From a virus (Duplodnaviria; Caudoviricetes): a stretch of 64,000 nucleotides of DNA. Made by a program: the position numbers and the translations under genes. This document shows, piece by piece, positions 53,679 through 64,000 of the stretch (position 1 is the stretch's first letter; every line of letters begins with the position of its first letter). The DNA is taken from IMG/VR virus record IMGVR_UViG_3300009671_000009, positions 96,001 to 160,000 of that record. One strand, given 5' to 3'. The notes under the pieces were generated by a model. That model was not told the DNA's origin. It searched no databases and was given only the letters and a program-made list of their open reading frames with translations.

Positions 53679-55862
53679 CTATTGCGGGTCACTGAATATC
53701 GCATAGCTCCCGCTTACTGGATTGCGCGAAATAAGGCGAACTACCATCACACCAGATTTACTTGGAGTAAAAGTAACGGACAACTTCTGCCATATGTCTC
53801 TATCAGCAGTACAAGAATCTATTTGGTCTACTCCAAAGCCTTCAACTTTTAATTGAGGCTTTAAATCATTATCTATCTGTTCTCTAATTAAGGTGCCCCA
53901 AATTTCAAAGTTGTAGATATTTAGTACAGAACCAGATTGAACGCTAGATATAACAAGGCGATATTTTCTATATACTGTCTCATTAGAAAAAGTAAATGTT
54001 TTAGTTTGTCCACTAGTCCATACAACATTGCTTTGAGTGTCGAGAGTAACCCACTGGCTGCCATCCCACGCCTCAAGTACGAAATCTTTAGGAGAAAAAT
54101 TCTGAGCATTAGTAGGAATACTAAGAACATATTTATTCACTATTGCATCGCTTGGAAATTCATAGCTTATCCATTGTGGAAGTTCTCCAGAAGCACTCCA
54201 ATATGTTGTAGTTCCAGAAGAATCAAAAACTCTCCATGGTTCGTATCCAACTACGTTAGTGCTGCTATCGACTGTATACCCTGCAGGTTCGGCGTTTGAA
54301 GTCATACTGGCATTGAGTTTTATATTTTGGGTGTCTGGCTCAAACCACTTTACATAAACACTCTTTGTGATTTCTTGTCCTTCTTTTACTGGCAAGTCAA
54401 AAATAATCTGATTGTGCCCATTAATTTTTAGTGCTGGTTTATTTAAATAAAAATCATCATGCTCTAAACTATGGTCGGCAAGCTCCCATGGGCCTATATC
54501 TGCTGTGCTAGAATTTCTTGCGATGCCGTCAATATCTGTCATTGCTTCTGCAATAGCGCTAAGGTCATATCCCCAATCAGCCAATCCTGTTCTTAAGGTG
54601 TTTGTCAAATTAAGTTTTTGAATTGCAATAGGAGAAGTATTTATTATAGAAGCAGATGTTTGCCCACACATAGTTCCTGTCCAGCCAGTAGGAAGAGATG
54701 TTACATAACATTGACTTGCCAAGCAATTAGCAGCAGAACCTCCATTGGCAACAGAACTACATAACCAGGCCTCACTGTTATATACTTCACTATTGGAATA
54801 TCCAAGGCTACACATAAAGGCAAGACTATTATATGATTTACAGCTATAATAGCCGCTATTTGTGCTACCAATAGCAATACAGTTGAAAGCATTTACCTTG
54901 CCAAAACCCATATAGTTGCACATAGCTGTTGTATTGTATGCATCAATATTATAACATCCGATTGTTTCAGGATGTGATGCAAAAATTTTAACGTCTCTTG
55001 CAATTTGATTGCCAACATTTTCTCCATAAATCGCTACTGAAGTGAAATTAGAGCAAGCAATGTCTACGTTTCTAAGCTCGACGAAAGGTCTATTATACAT
55101 ATCAAAAATAGCACGAAATCTTTGTGCGTCTGATCTAGTTATAACAACATTACCAGGACTATCATTAACTAAATGTAAACAATCTTGATCCCCAGCGTAA
55201 ATAATACGATGCTGACTGTCTAGTCCTGGGTAAGCGATATTGCTTGTGGAATCATCTAAAGAATATGTCCCAGGCCCAATGAAAATCTGAGTGTCTGTGG
55301 TCGTATTAGCCTTGGCATTTTGCATAGCTTTGTCCAAAGTTGACCAGGGTGTTTCAGGAGTAACCCCGTCATTATTATCATTGCCATTCTGCTGACTTAC
55401 ATAGTAAGTCTCGAAGTTGCCAATGATATCTTCAGGCATTGGAATGACGTTCCTTGGTAATCCATATAATTGTACTTCCCACAAATACCTGCCGCTTGCT
55501 CCACTTGGAACCCGCACTCGAATCCAGCTACAAGAAACAATATCTATGTTCGCATATGCCCACGTGCGATTTGATACGACAGTGCCTACGTTTGTCCAAT
55601 TTGTACCATCTGTACTTACATCTAGATAGGCATTTACGGAATAATACGTACTTCCACTTCGCCCTGCACAAAAACATCCCCAACGATTAATATCGTATAA
55701 TTCGCCTAAATATAATATCACCCACGGAGCAGGCTCAGTAGTAGAATTAATGTAAGTACTTGTAGTTCCATCAAATACTCTCCATCCATTTGCATGGCTT
55801 GAAGACACAACGAATGGTGCAGGAGTAGTATTGCTGGTCATTCTAATGTTTAGCAAATCCAT
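53679..55862 (-). CDS. receptor-binding/depolymerase-like protein: discoidin (F5/8C) plus right-handed beta helix
   Basis: MTSNTTPAP..WRVFDG and YYVSQQNGNDNNDG..PWST. A second discoidin lies within the C-terminal domain. Confidence 0.7.
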   Translation of the reverse strand: MDLLNIRMTSNTTPAPFVVSSSHANGWRVFDGTTSTYINSTTEPAPWVILYLGELYDINRWGCFCAGRSGSTYYSVNAYLDVSTDGTNWTNVGTVVSNRTWAYANIDIVSCSWIRVRVPSGASGRYLWEVQLYGLPRNVIPMPEDIIGNFETYYVSQQNGNDNNDGVTPETPWSTLDKAMQNAKANTTTDTQIFIGPGTYSLDDSTSNIAYPGLDSQHRIIYAGDQDCLHLVNDSPGNVVITRSDAQRFRAIFDMYNRPFVELRNVDIACSNFTSVAIYGENVGNQIARDVKIFASHPETIGCYNIDAYNTTAMCNYMGFGKVNAFNCIAIGSTNSGYYSCKSYNSLAFMCSLGYSNSEVYNSEAWLCSSVANGGSAANCLASQCYVTSLPTGWTGTMCGQTSASIINTSPIAIQKLNLTNTLRTGLADWGYDLSAIAEAMTDIDGIARNSSTADIGPWELADHSLEHDDFYLNKPALKINGHNQIIFDLPVKEGQEITKSVYVKWFEPDTQNIKLNASMTSNAEPAGYTVDSSTNVVGYEPWRVFDSSGTTTYWSASGELPQWISYEFPSDAIVNKYVLSIPTNAQNFSPKDFVLEAWDGSQWVTLDTQSNVVWTSGQTKTFTFSNETVYRKYRLVISSVQSGSVLNIYNFEIWGTLIREQIDNDLKPQLKVEGFGVDQIDSCTADRDIWQKLSVTFTPSKSGVMVVRLISRNPVSGSYAIFSDPQ

Positions 55863-55873
55863 TGTAATTTCTC

Positions 55874-57592
55874 CTATAATATGTTGCTAAATAAGCAATA
55901 CGCATTTGGATTTGGATCACGAGCGGATAGTATCATTTCCATAACACCGTTAGCTGGCGATATAAAACTTACTGTCAATTGTTCCCACTCGTTACTTTCA
56001 CAACTGGCGGTTTTGATTAGTTCTATACCTAATCCTCTTATAATAACCTGCGGTTTTAAATCGTTTGCGGTATTAAAATGTTTGACTGTGATCTGTTTAA
56101 TGACAGTACTTTCTTCGTTAACCCTAAATGTAAAACTTAACTGCCCGCTTCTGTTTATTTGAACAGAAGGTGCTGATATATAGAAGTCATCATAATTTAA
56201 AGAATAATCGCAATTTTCTATTGGGCCTATGTCTGGTAAGCCGTTGCCAGTATTTCTTTCTAATCCAATAATATCTGTTGGGTTATTAATAACTGGGACT
56301 CCTTTATTTAAAAGCCCATTATTGACTAGTGTCTTTATTTCTGGCAAGAAATAGAAAGCACTTCCTGCTGAGTCTCCTGTATTGGCAGAACAACCGATAC
56401 TTTTTCTGTTGCTACCAGCAGTAGAAGTAAACCCGTTTTGACAATTTGAGGCTATGCAGTTATAACAAGAGCCAGAACTAAATCCAGTCATAGAGTATTG
56501 GGCTGCACAATTATATGAACTGCAACTACTGAATGCTATGTTATTAGCCATACTATAACAATGATAGCACGTTGCATATTGAAAACCTATTCTCCCAAAC
56601 ACAATGCAATTATAAGCTAAGTTTGTTGCTGCTGGAACACCTATTAGCCCACAATTGCCTGCATATACTTCACAATTTTTTATATATGGAGAGCCGATAA
56701 TTCCATTTAATCCTGCCCATATTTTACAATTTTCTAAGTAAGGGCCGACCACTCCTTCATATGGGCTATGTATTTCAATATTTTTCAAAATAACCGATCC
56801 ATAAGACACAAAAGTAATCCCTATCGGAGTTTGTTCATCTGCATTATATCCGCTTATTATAACAGCTCCTGGGCGTCCATCAGTAAAATAGAGACATTCC
56901 GAATCTCCATAGAATACAACTTTGTCATCTGGCAACTCCGAGCCAGTAAACGAAAGCGATTCTCTGTAAATACCTGGGGCTATATATACGAATACTGTAT
57001 CGTTTAATTTTGGTTTAACGGTTATGACAGCTTTATTTAATGTGGCCCATGCTGTGCTTGGAGTAAGACCATCATTGTTGTCATTTCCGTTTTGTTGATC
57101 AACATAATAAGATGTTGCTGTGCCGTATTCTGTAAATATGTCTGCATCTCTATACAGATAAAATTGTCTAATACTTACGTGAGCATTCCCAACTACAGAC
57201 ATGACATTTATTCTATAGTACAGATAGGGTTTTGTATTACTAACAGGGAATTGCTTTAATTCTCCTACAGCAGACCAACTTACATTTGATTGTGTATCTA
57301 TAACTTCCCAGTTTTGTCCATCTCTACTTCCTTCAAAGCTCCAGCTTGTTGGCGCATGAGAAAGACTGTCACACATGACAGTGTAACGGTCACATATTTC
57401 TGCTTTTCCTAAGTATATACCTAACCACGATTTTCCACCTTCATTAGCAGATTGCCAATAATCTCCTAGAATACCATCAAATACACGCCATGGTGCTCTG
57501 GCGACAACATAACTAGGATTAACAGAACTGTATACTACGAAATGTGGAACGGGCGCATCGTTTGCAACCATTATTGGATTTATCTGCGGCAT
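55874..57592 (-). CDS. receptor-binding/depolymerase-like protein (paralogue)
   Basis: One discoidin domain, YYVDQQNGNDNNDG beta helix and the shared C-terminal domain. Confidence 0.7.
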   Translation of the reverse strand: MPQINPIMVANDAPVPHFVVYSSVNPSYVVARAPWRVFDGILGDYWQSANEGGKSWLGIYLGKAEICDRYTVMCDSLSHAPTSWSFEGSRDGQNWEVIDTQSNVSWSAVGELKQFPVSNTKPYLYYRINVMSVVGNAHVSIRQFYLYRDADIFTEYGTATSYYVDQQNGNDNNDGLTPSTAWATLNKAVITVKPKLNDTVFVYIAPGIYRESLSFTGSELPDDKVVFYGDSECLYFTDGRPGAVIISGYNADEQTPIGITFVSYGSVILKNIEIHSPYEGVVGPYLENCKIWAGLNGIIGSPYIKNCEVYAGNCGLIGVPAATNLAYNCIVFGRIGFQYATCYHCYSMANNIAFSSCSSYNCAAQYSMTGFSSGSCYNCIASNCQNGFTSTAGSNRKSIGCSANTGDSAGSAFYFLPEIKTLVNNGLLNKGVPVINNPTDIIGLERNTGNGLPDIGPIENCDYSLNYDDFYISAPSVQINRSGQLSFTFRVNEESTVIKQITVKHFNTANDLKPQVIIRGLGIELIKTASCESNEWEQLTVSFISPANGVMEMILSARDPNPNAYCLFSNIL

Positions 57593-57605
57593 AGCAACTC
57601 TCCCC

Positions 57606-59834
57606 TTAGATTATATCTGAAAATAAAGAATACGAAGTAGCTTCTGTATCGTTCGTCGTAAGCACAAACTCCATAATACCTGTTTTGGTAGGAGTAAAAT
57701 AAACAGTAAGCTGTTCCCAAGTGTCACTTTCGGCAGTTGCAGTTGAAGAAAATTCCATGCCCAATCCTCTGCAAACCAATTGAGGCTTTTTGTCCACGGC
57801 AGTATTGATGTGCTTTACTCTTACTAGTTTTATAACGTCTCGGTTTGCTTCAACTGGAAACTTAAATACTATCTGGCCAACTCCTTGTAATTTTAACGCA
57901 GGGGGTTTTTCAAAATAATTTTCCCAATCAACAGAATAGTCAGGAGTTTCAAAAGGACCCAGATCAACAACACCATTTCCTCCAACTCGCTCATTACCCA
58001 CAATATCTTTTGGTAAGGCTAGTCTCATGGTTTCGCCGAAACTAAACTCTGCAATACACAGGTATGAATGTCCATTGTTTGCTGTAACGTTAATCCTAAA
58101 ATAACGATACCAGACAGGGCTAGACAAATAATATGTTTTTTCTTCGGCGTTGTCAAATGTTTGTTCTGTTTGCGTATCAATAACTTCCCAGTCAACGTTA
58201 TTATTGCTTCCTTCAAATGTCCAATCTCTAGGTGATGATGTAATGCCATCGGTGTGGTTTCTGCTAGCTAACCTGTAATAATCTACCCTGGTATTTCTGC
58301 CAGTATCATATGCTAACCAACCAGTAGTTGTTCCGTTGACTGTAGCCCAGCAATCAGTGTTATCAGTGTTAGTTTGATTAAATGCTTTCCAGCCTTCGTA
58401 GGTAGAATTATACACAGAGCTCCGCGAAACAACATAAGGAGCAGGAGCTGAGTTCGATGTCATTACTCTGGTTGCAGGGATAAAAGCTAGACCGCCGTCT
58501 GCAATGCCTTTCCTCATTAATATGTCTATATTGATGTCTAATAAAAGCGGTGCAATATTAGAAGTAGAGCTAGACTGGTACGACTTAATATTAAGATGTG
58601 TTCCTGTGTTGTATGCAGCTCCAGTAGTCCAAAACGTTGCACAATTGTTACTGTAGCCTCCATAGTAACCATAGACATTATACATAGAAATAGAGTTATA
58701 GCTCCATCCTCCGTAGTAGCCATAGTATCCGCCCATTGCTAGGCAGTTAAAACTTCTACTGCCGTGAAATACTCCAGCATTAGTATTGGCTCCACCCATT
58801 CCTGTGCAGTTGTAACATTCGCAGTATGAATATCCCATATACCCGCCTGCGAAACAATCATAGCAAATAAGATAACCAAATCCATTATATCCATTGGCTC
58901 TAACTCTTCTGCATATTTGTCCATTGCCGCCATACTGTACAGTTCCATAAAGTAAATATTGGTTATAGACTCCACCATCAACCCAAACATCCCAAAGCTC
59001 CACGTATGCACCAAACCATTTTATTAACGGAGTTGCAGCTGTGTTTGGTACTTCATTAACATCGCAACCAGTTATCCTTACAATTCCAGGATGGTCGTTT
59101 GTTAAATATAAACAATTAGGGTCTCCAGCAAATATAATTCTGTGCTCACTATCAGTTCCACCATTAACAAATGAGACATATTCTCTATATGTTCCTGGGC
59201 CTATATAAACATAAGTATCTCCGTCTAATGTGCTCAAGACCTCATTGGCTGCTTTAGAAATTGTAGCCCATGCTGTTGTAGGGCTTAGCCCGTCGTTGTT
59301 GTCGTCTCCATTCTGTTGACTTACATAATAAATACTATCTCCAGGGATTGCCTGCCAAAGGCTAAATTCGTCAAGTCCAGTGTTTGCTACCCCGCCCTGG
59401 TTTGCAGTTATATATATCCTATAATATCTGTAAGCCGTTTCGTTGGGGATTGAAAAAACTTTTGGTTCGTTACCATGACTCCATACAACTGTTTGTGTGT
59501 CAAGTACATCCCATGAAATATTATCATGACTTCCCTCGAATGTCCATGTTTTTGGACTTTGAGCAAGACCTGTAGATGCTTCCCAAACGCTACTTCGAGC
59601 AACTACTTTATAAGCGTTAACCAGCTGTGGCGTTGACAAATCAACAGACAACCAACTAGGAGTTGCTTGATTAGAAATAGTTGCCCATCTAGAATTAGCA
59701 TCAACCCCGTCAATTGCATAGTTAAACGCGCACCATGCTTCATGGTCTGCTGCATAGGCAGAACTACGCGCCACAACGTATGGTTCTGGAGTTGTGTTAC
59801 TTGTCATTATAGGGCTTATTCTTTTGTAACGCAT
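57606..59834 (-). CDS. receptor-binding/depolymerase-like protein (paralogue)
   Basis: Two discoidin domains flanking the beta helix. Shared C-terminal domain. Confidence 0.7.
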   Translation of the reverse strand: MRYKRISPIMTSNTTPEPYVVARSSAYAADHEAWCAFNYAIDGVDANSRWATISNQATPSWLSVDLSTPQLVNAYKVVARSSVWEASTGLAQSPKTWTFEGSHDNISWDVLDTQTVVWSHGNEPKVFSIPNETAYRYYRIYITANQGGVANTGLDEFSLWQAIPGDSIYYVSQQNGDDNNDGLSPTTAWATISKAANEVLSTLDGDTYVYIGPGTYREYVSFVNGGTDSEHRIIFAGDPNCLYLTNDHPGIVRITGCDVNEVPNTAATPLIKWFGAYVELWDVWVDGGVYNQYLLYGTVQYGGNGQICRRVRANGYNGFGYLICYDCFAGGYMGYSYCECYNCTGMGGANTNAGVFHGSRSFNCLAMGGYYGYYGGWSYNSISMYNVYGYYGGYSNNCATFWTTGAAYNTGTHLNIKSYQSSSTSNIAPLLLDINIDILMRKGIADGGLAFIPATRVMTSNSAPAPYVVSRSSVYNSTYEGWKAFNQTNTDNTDCWATVNGTTTGWLAYDTGRNTRVDYYRLASRNHTDGITSSPRDWTFEGSNNNVDWEVIDTQTEQTFDNAEEKTYYLSSPVWYRYFRINVTANNGHSYLCIAEFSFGETMRLALPKDIVGNERVGGNGVVDLGPFETPDYSVDWENYFEKPPALKLQGVGQIVFKFPVEANRDVIKLVRVKHINTAVDKKPQLVCRGLGMEFSSTATAESDTWEQLTVYFTPTKTGIMEFVLTTNDTEATSYSLFSDII

Positions 59835-59852
59835 AGTTCTTCCCCCAATCTA

Positions 59853-60305
59853 TTAGTCAATCGAGAATGCAAGACCATCAGCATAGAATACTAACATATC
59901 TCCAGAAGCAGGTGTTTTTGATGCATCTAAAGACATATAAGCAAGAATGTTCCCTGAACCGTTTTGAGCATCAGTAATGAAACAATAAGTGATTGCAGTG
60001 CCTTCTCCAGCAGCCCATGGGCCAAACTGAATATCCGCAGCATTCTTGACAACAGCATATCCAGTTACATCTTCAACGGGTTCTGTAAAGGTAAAGTGCT
60101 GTCTGTGGTAGTTTGCGTCTGTAACTTCAGTAACCTGTGTCGTTAAAATATTGGTCTCTGTAATAGTTCCTTTTGCAAGACCTATGTAAAGACCAGATGC
60201 TCCGTCTGGAGCAGATGTTGGCGATCCGCCAGGTGCGGCCATTCCCTTTCTAAATAAGATATTCATTGCAAGTTTCTCGCCATAGTTTGTTAAACTTCCA
60301 GCCAT
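59853..60305 (-). CDS. phage tail-associated protein
   Basis: LTNYGE...Y.RQ..TF...N...I.F...GNILAY pattern, typical of small tail-fibre-associated proteins. Confidence 0.6.
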   Translation of the reverse strand: MAGSLTNYGEKLAMNILFRKGMAAPGGSPTSAPDGASGLYIGLAKGTITETNILTTQVTEVTDANYHRQHFTFTEPVEDVTGYAVVKNAADIQFGPWAAGEGTAITYCFITDAQNGSGNILAYMSLDASKTPASGDMLVFYADGLAFSID

Positions 60306-60308
60306 TGA

Positions 60309-60473
60309 TTAATTCCTCCTATTTTTAAATGCATCGCTAAAATTAGTTAGTGGTAATTTAAGATGAGCCTCAATATTATTAATAGCTTTGACTACAAGGT
60401 CTTCAAAGCTTTCCGAAGCCGCATCTAGAATAAACTTATTACCAACTTTAATTGCTTTTTTCTTGATACTCAT
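60309..60473 (-). CDS. small hypothetical protein
   Basis: ATGA-coupled start at 60473. Confidence 0.5.
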   Translation of the reverse strand: MSIKKKAIKVGNKFILDAASESFEDLVVKAINNIEAHLKLPLTNFSDAFKNRRN

Positions 60474-60919
60474 TTTGCAATAACCGCCTTTGGACAACAA
60501 TGGACATTATCATCTTCTACAGTTATTATATGCAATCCTTTTATTTTGGTGGCAAAAATTAATTGTCCTTTGTTGTTTTGGTCAATATCAGTAATGATTT
60601 CCGCTCCATCGATGTCTACAACTACTGTTTTAATCCTCTCTTCTGGTTGCAAACCAAATAAGGTGACCGTCACTAAAACCTCACTGTTTCCATCGGCAAA
60701 GACTTCATTTTTATCAATGTCAATGACCGCAGAAACTTTAGAGACAACTCTTTTCTTAAAAAGACGGAGAAGGGTTGGAGCCTCGTCTGGTGGCACGACG
60801 AGGCTACTTTTTTTGATTTCCAACCCTGGATATTGACTTTCAATTTCAGAAAGTGTATGAGTATTACCATCAAAAGCCTTAATTATTTTGTTGTCTTGAA
60901 CCACAACATACATAGACAT
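60470..60919 (-). CDS. Ig-like domain virion protein
   Basis: DKNEVFADGNSEVLVTVTL resembles invasin/Big Ig domains. AAGGAG RBS. Confidence 0.55.
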   Translation of the reverse strand: MSMYVVVQDNKIIKAFDGNTHTLSEIESQYPGLEIKKSSLVVPPDEAPTLLRLFKKRVVSKVSAVIDIDKNEVFADGNSEVLVTVTLFGLQPEERIKTVVVDIDGAEIITDIDQNNKGQLIFATKIKGLHIITVEDDNVHCCPKAVIAK

Positions 60920-60931
60920 GTTAACTTCTCC

Positions 60932-63900
60932 TTAGCCATCGATAACAAGATAATTTACTTGAGGGTGTATCCCAGAGGGATTTACTTCAAGGTCTGCATA
61001 ATAAAGAACTCCACGATGATACATCCGGCAGTCTTTCTGGTTTGTTGTAACATAGATATCGAATCTCATTTTTCCGGGAGGATGAACGTCACTCCAGAAC
61101 CAGGCAGTACTAGTACTGCTATAATAAGTACTTTTATACCATTCATTTACCAATATGTCATTCCAATATATCCTTACATAGAAACGAACATAGTGGTGCC
61201 CTCGGTGACGTCCGTGCCATTCACAATAAACTCCAAGCTGCGTAGCTGTATCATATATCGTCGATCCAGATGAATGCTGGCCTGCCAAAATGTCAACATT
61301 CATTCTTTTCGAAGTCCAACTAATAGCGCTTTCTGTTTGTGAGGTAGAATATATTGGATATGTAACATAAGGAGTAAATTTGAAGTTGTTCTGGGCATCT
61401 CTTCCTGTAACTACATGAAACTTAGCATATTGATGACAATCACGATAAGCGCTTTCTGCATGATAAGTTTGGAAAAGCGCAGGAACAATAATAACTTTAG
61501 GGTTAGCCAACGCCCCAAGGGTTACTGTAGTACCTGAATAAACAGGGCCTCCTACGACGACATTCTTGGCGTAGTTAGAAATATGCGCACCAGTCGTAGA
61601 GTTATGAACCTCAAGACCGCTTGCTGTTAATACAGAACAGGTTCCATTCGCAGGATGGTTGATTCTAATCTCTTGATCTGAAATAGATACAGTACCACCG
61701 CCATCGGTATTGGTTAACTTAAATCCTGCACCGTTGACCAAAATCCCCTGAGTCATCAAGCCTGCACCAGGTTTACCCTCGGTATTGCCGATATTTACTA
61801 TTTCTTTACCAGATGAGTTTTTAACAGTTATTCTGTCATTGGTAATCTGCAAGGCGGCATTTTCTGCAGATGACGAAAGATTAAAAGCTCCATCGTTAAT
61901 CGTAAGGCCATTAGTATCAAGTCTTACTTTTTCTGTTAGCCCATGCGATACTGTTATCGAATTAGGATTGATCTTAAGGCTGCCGTCTTCAGATACGATG
62001 TTTAAGAATCCACCATGCACACTCAGTCCGTTTTCATCCAGTGTTACGTATTTGTTAACATCGGTTGAAGATGCTACTTTAATGCCGTATGTGTCATTGA
62101 TAACAACGCTTTTGCTTGGAAGATTTAATCCGAACCCGTTTTCGTTTAAAGCAAATATCTGATGAAATCCCTTGGTAAGACTAAGACCGAGTCCGTCCAG
62201 AACAAGACCGTATTCTTCACCTGAACCTAAAACTGTTTGCATTGAAAACTTACCATTGGTTACTTTGATCCCTGTATCATCTATTACTACATTACTATCA
62301 CAAGAATCAATTTCGTTTGAGTGATTTACAAAACCGTGAGGTACGTCTCCGATGCTTAGCATAATGTCAGTGATAAATGCGTATGTCCCATCTTGTATTG
62401 CTGTAAATCTAACAACAGGAGGAATATCATGCTCCTGCATTACAGGAAGCCTTAGCAGAACATATTTGTAAGCTGAGTAACCATATTGTTGGTTGATACC
62501 TGGATCGTATACAGTTGCTACAATAGTATTATCATCAGGAGTAGTTGCAGGTGTAGCTCCAGTCGGTCGCTCTATAGTTATATTTAATGCTCCACTTATT
62601 AAGTAAACCCAGCAAGTAAAGATATACTTATTGCCAACAGCAACGTCATCTACAGTTTGGTAGAAATCGTCTCCAGTGTCTCCATTAAATTGAAACGCTG
62701 TTCTACCAGAAACCCCTGCTTTAAGCTCTGGACTTGAACCAGGGATTATAACATCAAGACCCGTTGTGATTTGTGCCGTTCCTTCCCAAGGAATAGTATT
62801 GAGTTTTCCTCCTCTACCGTTCCTGATTAGGTTAGATCCACCAAGACCTATTCGAAGTCCTGTTGCTACAATTTGGCCATTTTCCATATAAATGTTGCCG
62901 TCTGGGCCTGTAATACTTAGAGATCCATCGAAGACATGAATGCCTAGCTTGTTTATTTCGACTTTCAGGATATTGTTGTCTCTTACTTCAATTCTAGGTC
63001 TGATATCCCCAGAAGTTCCATCAATCGTAAGAACCCCTGTTGTGATTGCATTGGCATGTATTCCATATTTGCCAGAGATAGCAACTGTCGGCTGAACTCC
63101 TGGGAGCATACCCTCTGGATAAAACGAAATACTTCCTCCGTCGCTATCAGGGTTCATGGTTCCAATGATCTTGATGCCGCCATCTTCTAGAATCTTAATC
63201 CCTTCATGATCCATCTTGACAAACGTTAACGGCGTAGCATCATTTGACTTAATAGAAATACCTGCAGTACCGCTGACTGTTATCCCTTCGGCCCCAATGT
63301 GTACGTCTCCACAGTTAATGTTTCCATTTCTAATATGTAGTCCTGGAGAAACGCTGTCGTGGCCTTTTGTTAGCTCAAAGCTAGAGTCGGCAAATGTTCC
63401 TAGGATTCCGTTTTCGTCTATAATAACACTGCTATCGAGCGAAGCAGATCTGATCTTGAAACTTCCGCTGATGAGCATTTTTACTCCCTCACCAGGAATA
63501 TCAGTGCCAGACATTTGAATTATTTTTTCGCCGATCTCGTTGAGAATACTGATTCCTGAGCCGTCGATACTTACTTTGTTTCCAAGCTGACCTTCGGGAG
63601 CAGTTGAAATATCAAAACCCCCGCCGTATAAAAATAGTTTATTATTCGGAATGTCTAAGTTGAAAAATCTAGAGCTATCCGCTCTATATGCACTCAAGCC
63701 GTTTTGGTTTAAAACAAGGCCTTGGTTGATGGAACTCTCGGCAGCAGTTTTAATTTCAAACTCTCCACCGTATAGCGAAAACTTGCCTGTTGCTGAGTCT
63801 ATTCTTACTGTCTTGGTGATATCGTTTTTGTATCCAGTAAGACCATCGCTGTTAATGATGAGCTTTCCAGTATTAGGAGCCAAAGGAAGAAGACTAAGTT

Positions 63901-64000
63901 CTCCGTTCCAGATCCTTACTTGCCCGTCGCTTCCAATGTCTAATGTCTGACTGCTGTTGTTATAAGCCTTGATGCCGTGCTCGTCAATCTCAACTCTCGC
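60932..64000 (-). CDS. large tail fibre/central spike-like protein (5'-truncated by window edge)
   Basis: Frame is open to base 64000. Many (I/L)DxxGI beta-solenoid repeats and a carbohydrate-binding-like module. Confidence 0.7.
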   Translation of the reverse strand, partial: ARVEIDEHGIKAYNNSSQTLDIGSDGQVRIWNGELSLLPLAPNTGKLIINSDGLTGYKNDITKTVRIDSATGKFSLYGGEFEIKTAAESSINQGLVLNQNGLSAYRADSSRFFNLDIPNNKLFLYGGGFDISTAPEGQLGNKVSIDGSGISILNEIGEKIIQMSGTDIPGEGVKMLISGSFKIRSASLDSSVIIDENGILGTFADSSFELTKGHDSVSPGLHIRNGNINCGDVHIGAEGITVSGTAGISIKSNDATPLTFVKMDHEGIKILEDGGIKIIGTMNPDSDGGSISFYPEGMLPGVQPTVAISGKYGIHANAITTGVLTIDGTSGDIRPRIEVRDNNILKVEINKLGIHVFDGSLSITGPDGNIYMENGQIVATGLRIGLGGSNLIRNGRGGKLNTIPWEGTAQITTGLDVIIPGSSPELKAGVSGRTAFQFNGDTGDDFYQTVDDVAVGNKYIFTCWVYLISGALNITIERPTGATPATTPDDNTIVATVYDPGINQQYGYSAYKYVLLRLPVMQEHDIPPVVRFTAIQDGTYAFITDIMLSIGDVPHGFVNHSNEIDSCDSNVVIDDTGIKVTNGKFSMQTVLGSGEEYGLVLDGLGLSLTKGFHQIFALNENGFGLNLPSKSVVINDTYGIKVASSTDVNKYVTLDENGLSVHGGFLNIVSEDGSLKINPNSITVSHGLTEKVRLDTNGLTINDGAFNLSSSAENAALQITNDRITVKNSSGKEIVNIGNTEGKPGAGLMTQGILVNGAGFKLTNTDGGGTVSISDQEIRINHPANGTCSVLTASGLEVHNSTTGAHISNYAKNVVVGGPVYSGTTVTLGALANPKVIIVPALFQTYHAESAYRDCHQYAKFHVVTGRDAQNNFKFTPYVTYPIYSTSQTESAISWTSKRMNVDILAGQHSSGSTIYDTATQLGVYCEWHGRHRGHHYVRFYVRIYWNDILVNEWYKSTYYSSTSTAWFWSDVHPPGKMRFDIYVTTNQKDCRMYHRGVLYYADLEVNPSGIHPQVNYLVIDG

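Noticed and set aside
53679-59834. Diversity-generating retroelement acting on the receptor-binding genes
   Set aside because: No reverse transcriptase and no near-identical TR/VR pair with adenine-specific differences were seen.
17970-63950. Numerous short + strand ORFs opposite the long - strand genes (and - strand ORFs within 166-15716)
   Set aside because: These are antisense shadows of well-supported genes, without RBS or motifs.
1-64000. tRNA or rRNA genes
   Set aside because: No cloverleaf or T-loop (GTTCRA) structure was recognised in the short intergenic gaps by eye. A tRNAscan-SE/ARAGORN run would be decisive.

Overview
This is a 64-kb slice of a large lytic-type tailed phage (jumbo-phage-like). 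Strong AGGAGG ribosome-binding sites, SigA-type promoters, an RsfA-like regulator and several Fe-S proteins suggest an anaerobic Firmicute host (inference). Positions 1-17.7 kb are + strand DNA-metabolism and accessory genes: SbcC/Rad50 (partial), ThyX, a nucleotidyltransferase, a radical SAM/SPASM enzyme, UDG, Dam plus nuclease, NUDIX, dNMP kinase and a resolvase. Positions 17.7-64 kb are - strand: a Cas4-like nuclease, a teichoic-acid/capsule-like glycan cluster, a sigma factor, RuvC, GIY-YIG, GroES, PhoH, a primase-helicase, a lysis cassette and a 26-kb tail/baseplate/receptor-binding module. The standout is at 4.5-8.3 kb. A radical SAM/SPASM enzyme with a non-canonical Cx5Cx3C motif is followed by seven tightly coupled, otherwise divergent acidic proteins that all begin M(A)KxRxDFVTNSSSSS(F/Y). 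This is a candidate phage-encoded post-translational modification system. No tRNA, CRISPR array, integrase, capsid or terminase gene was recognised. All family calls come from motif reading, not database searches.
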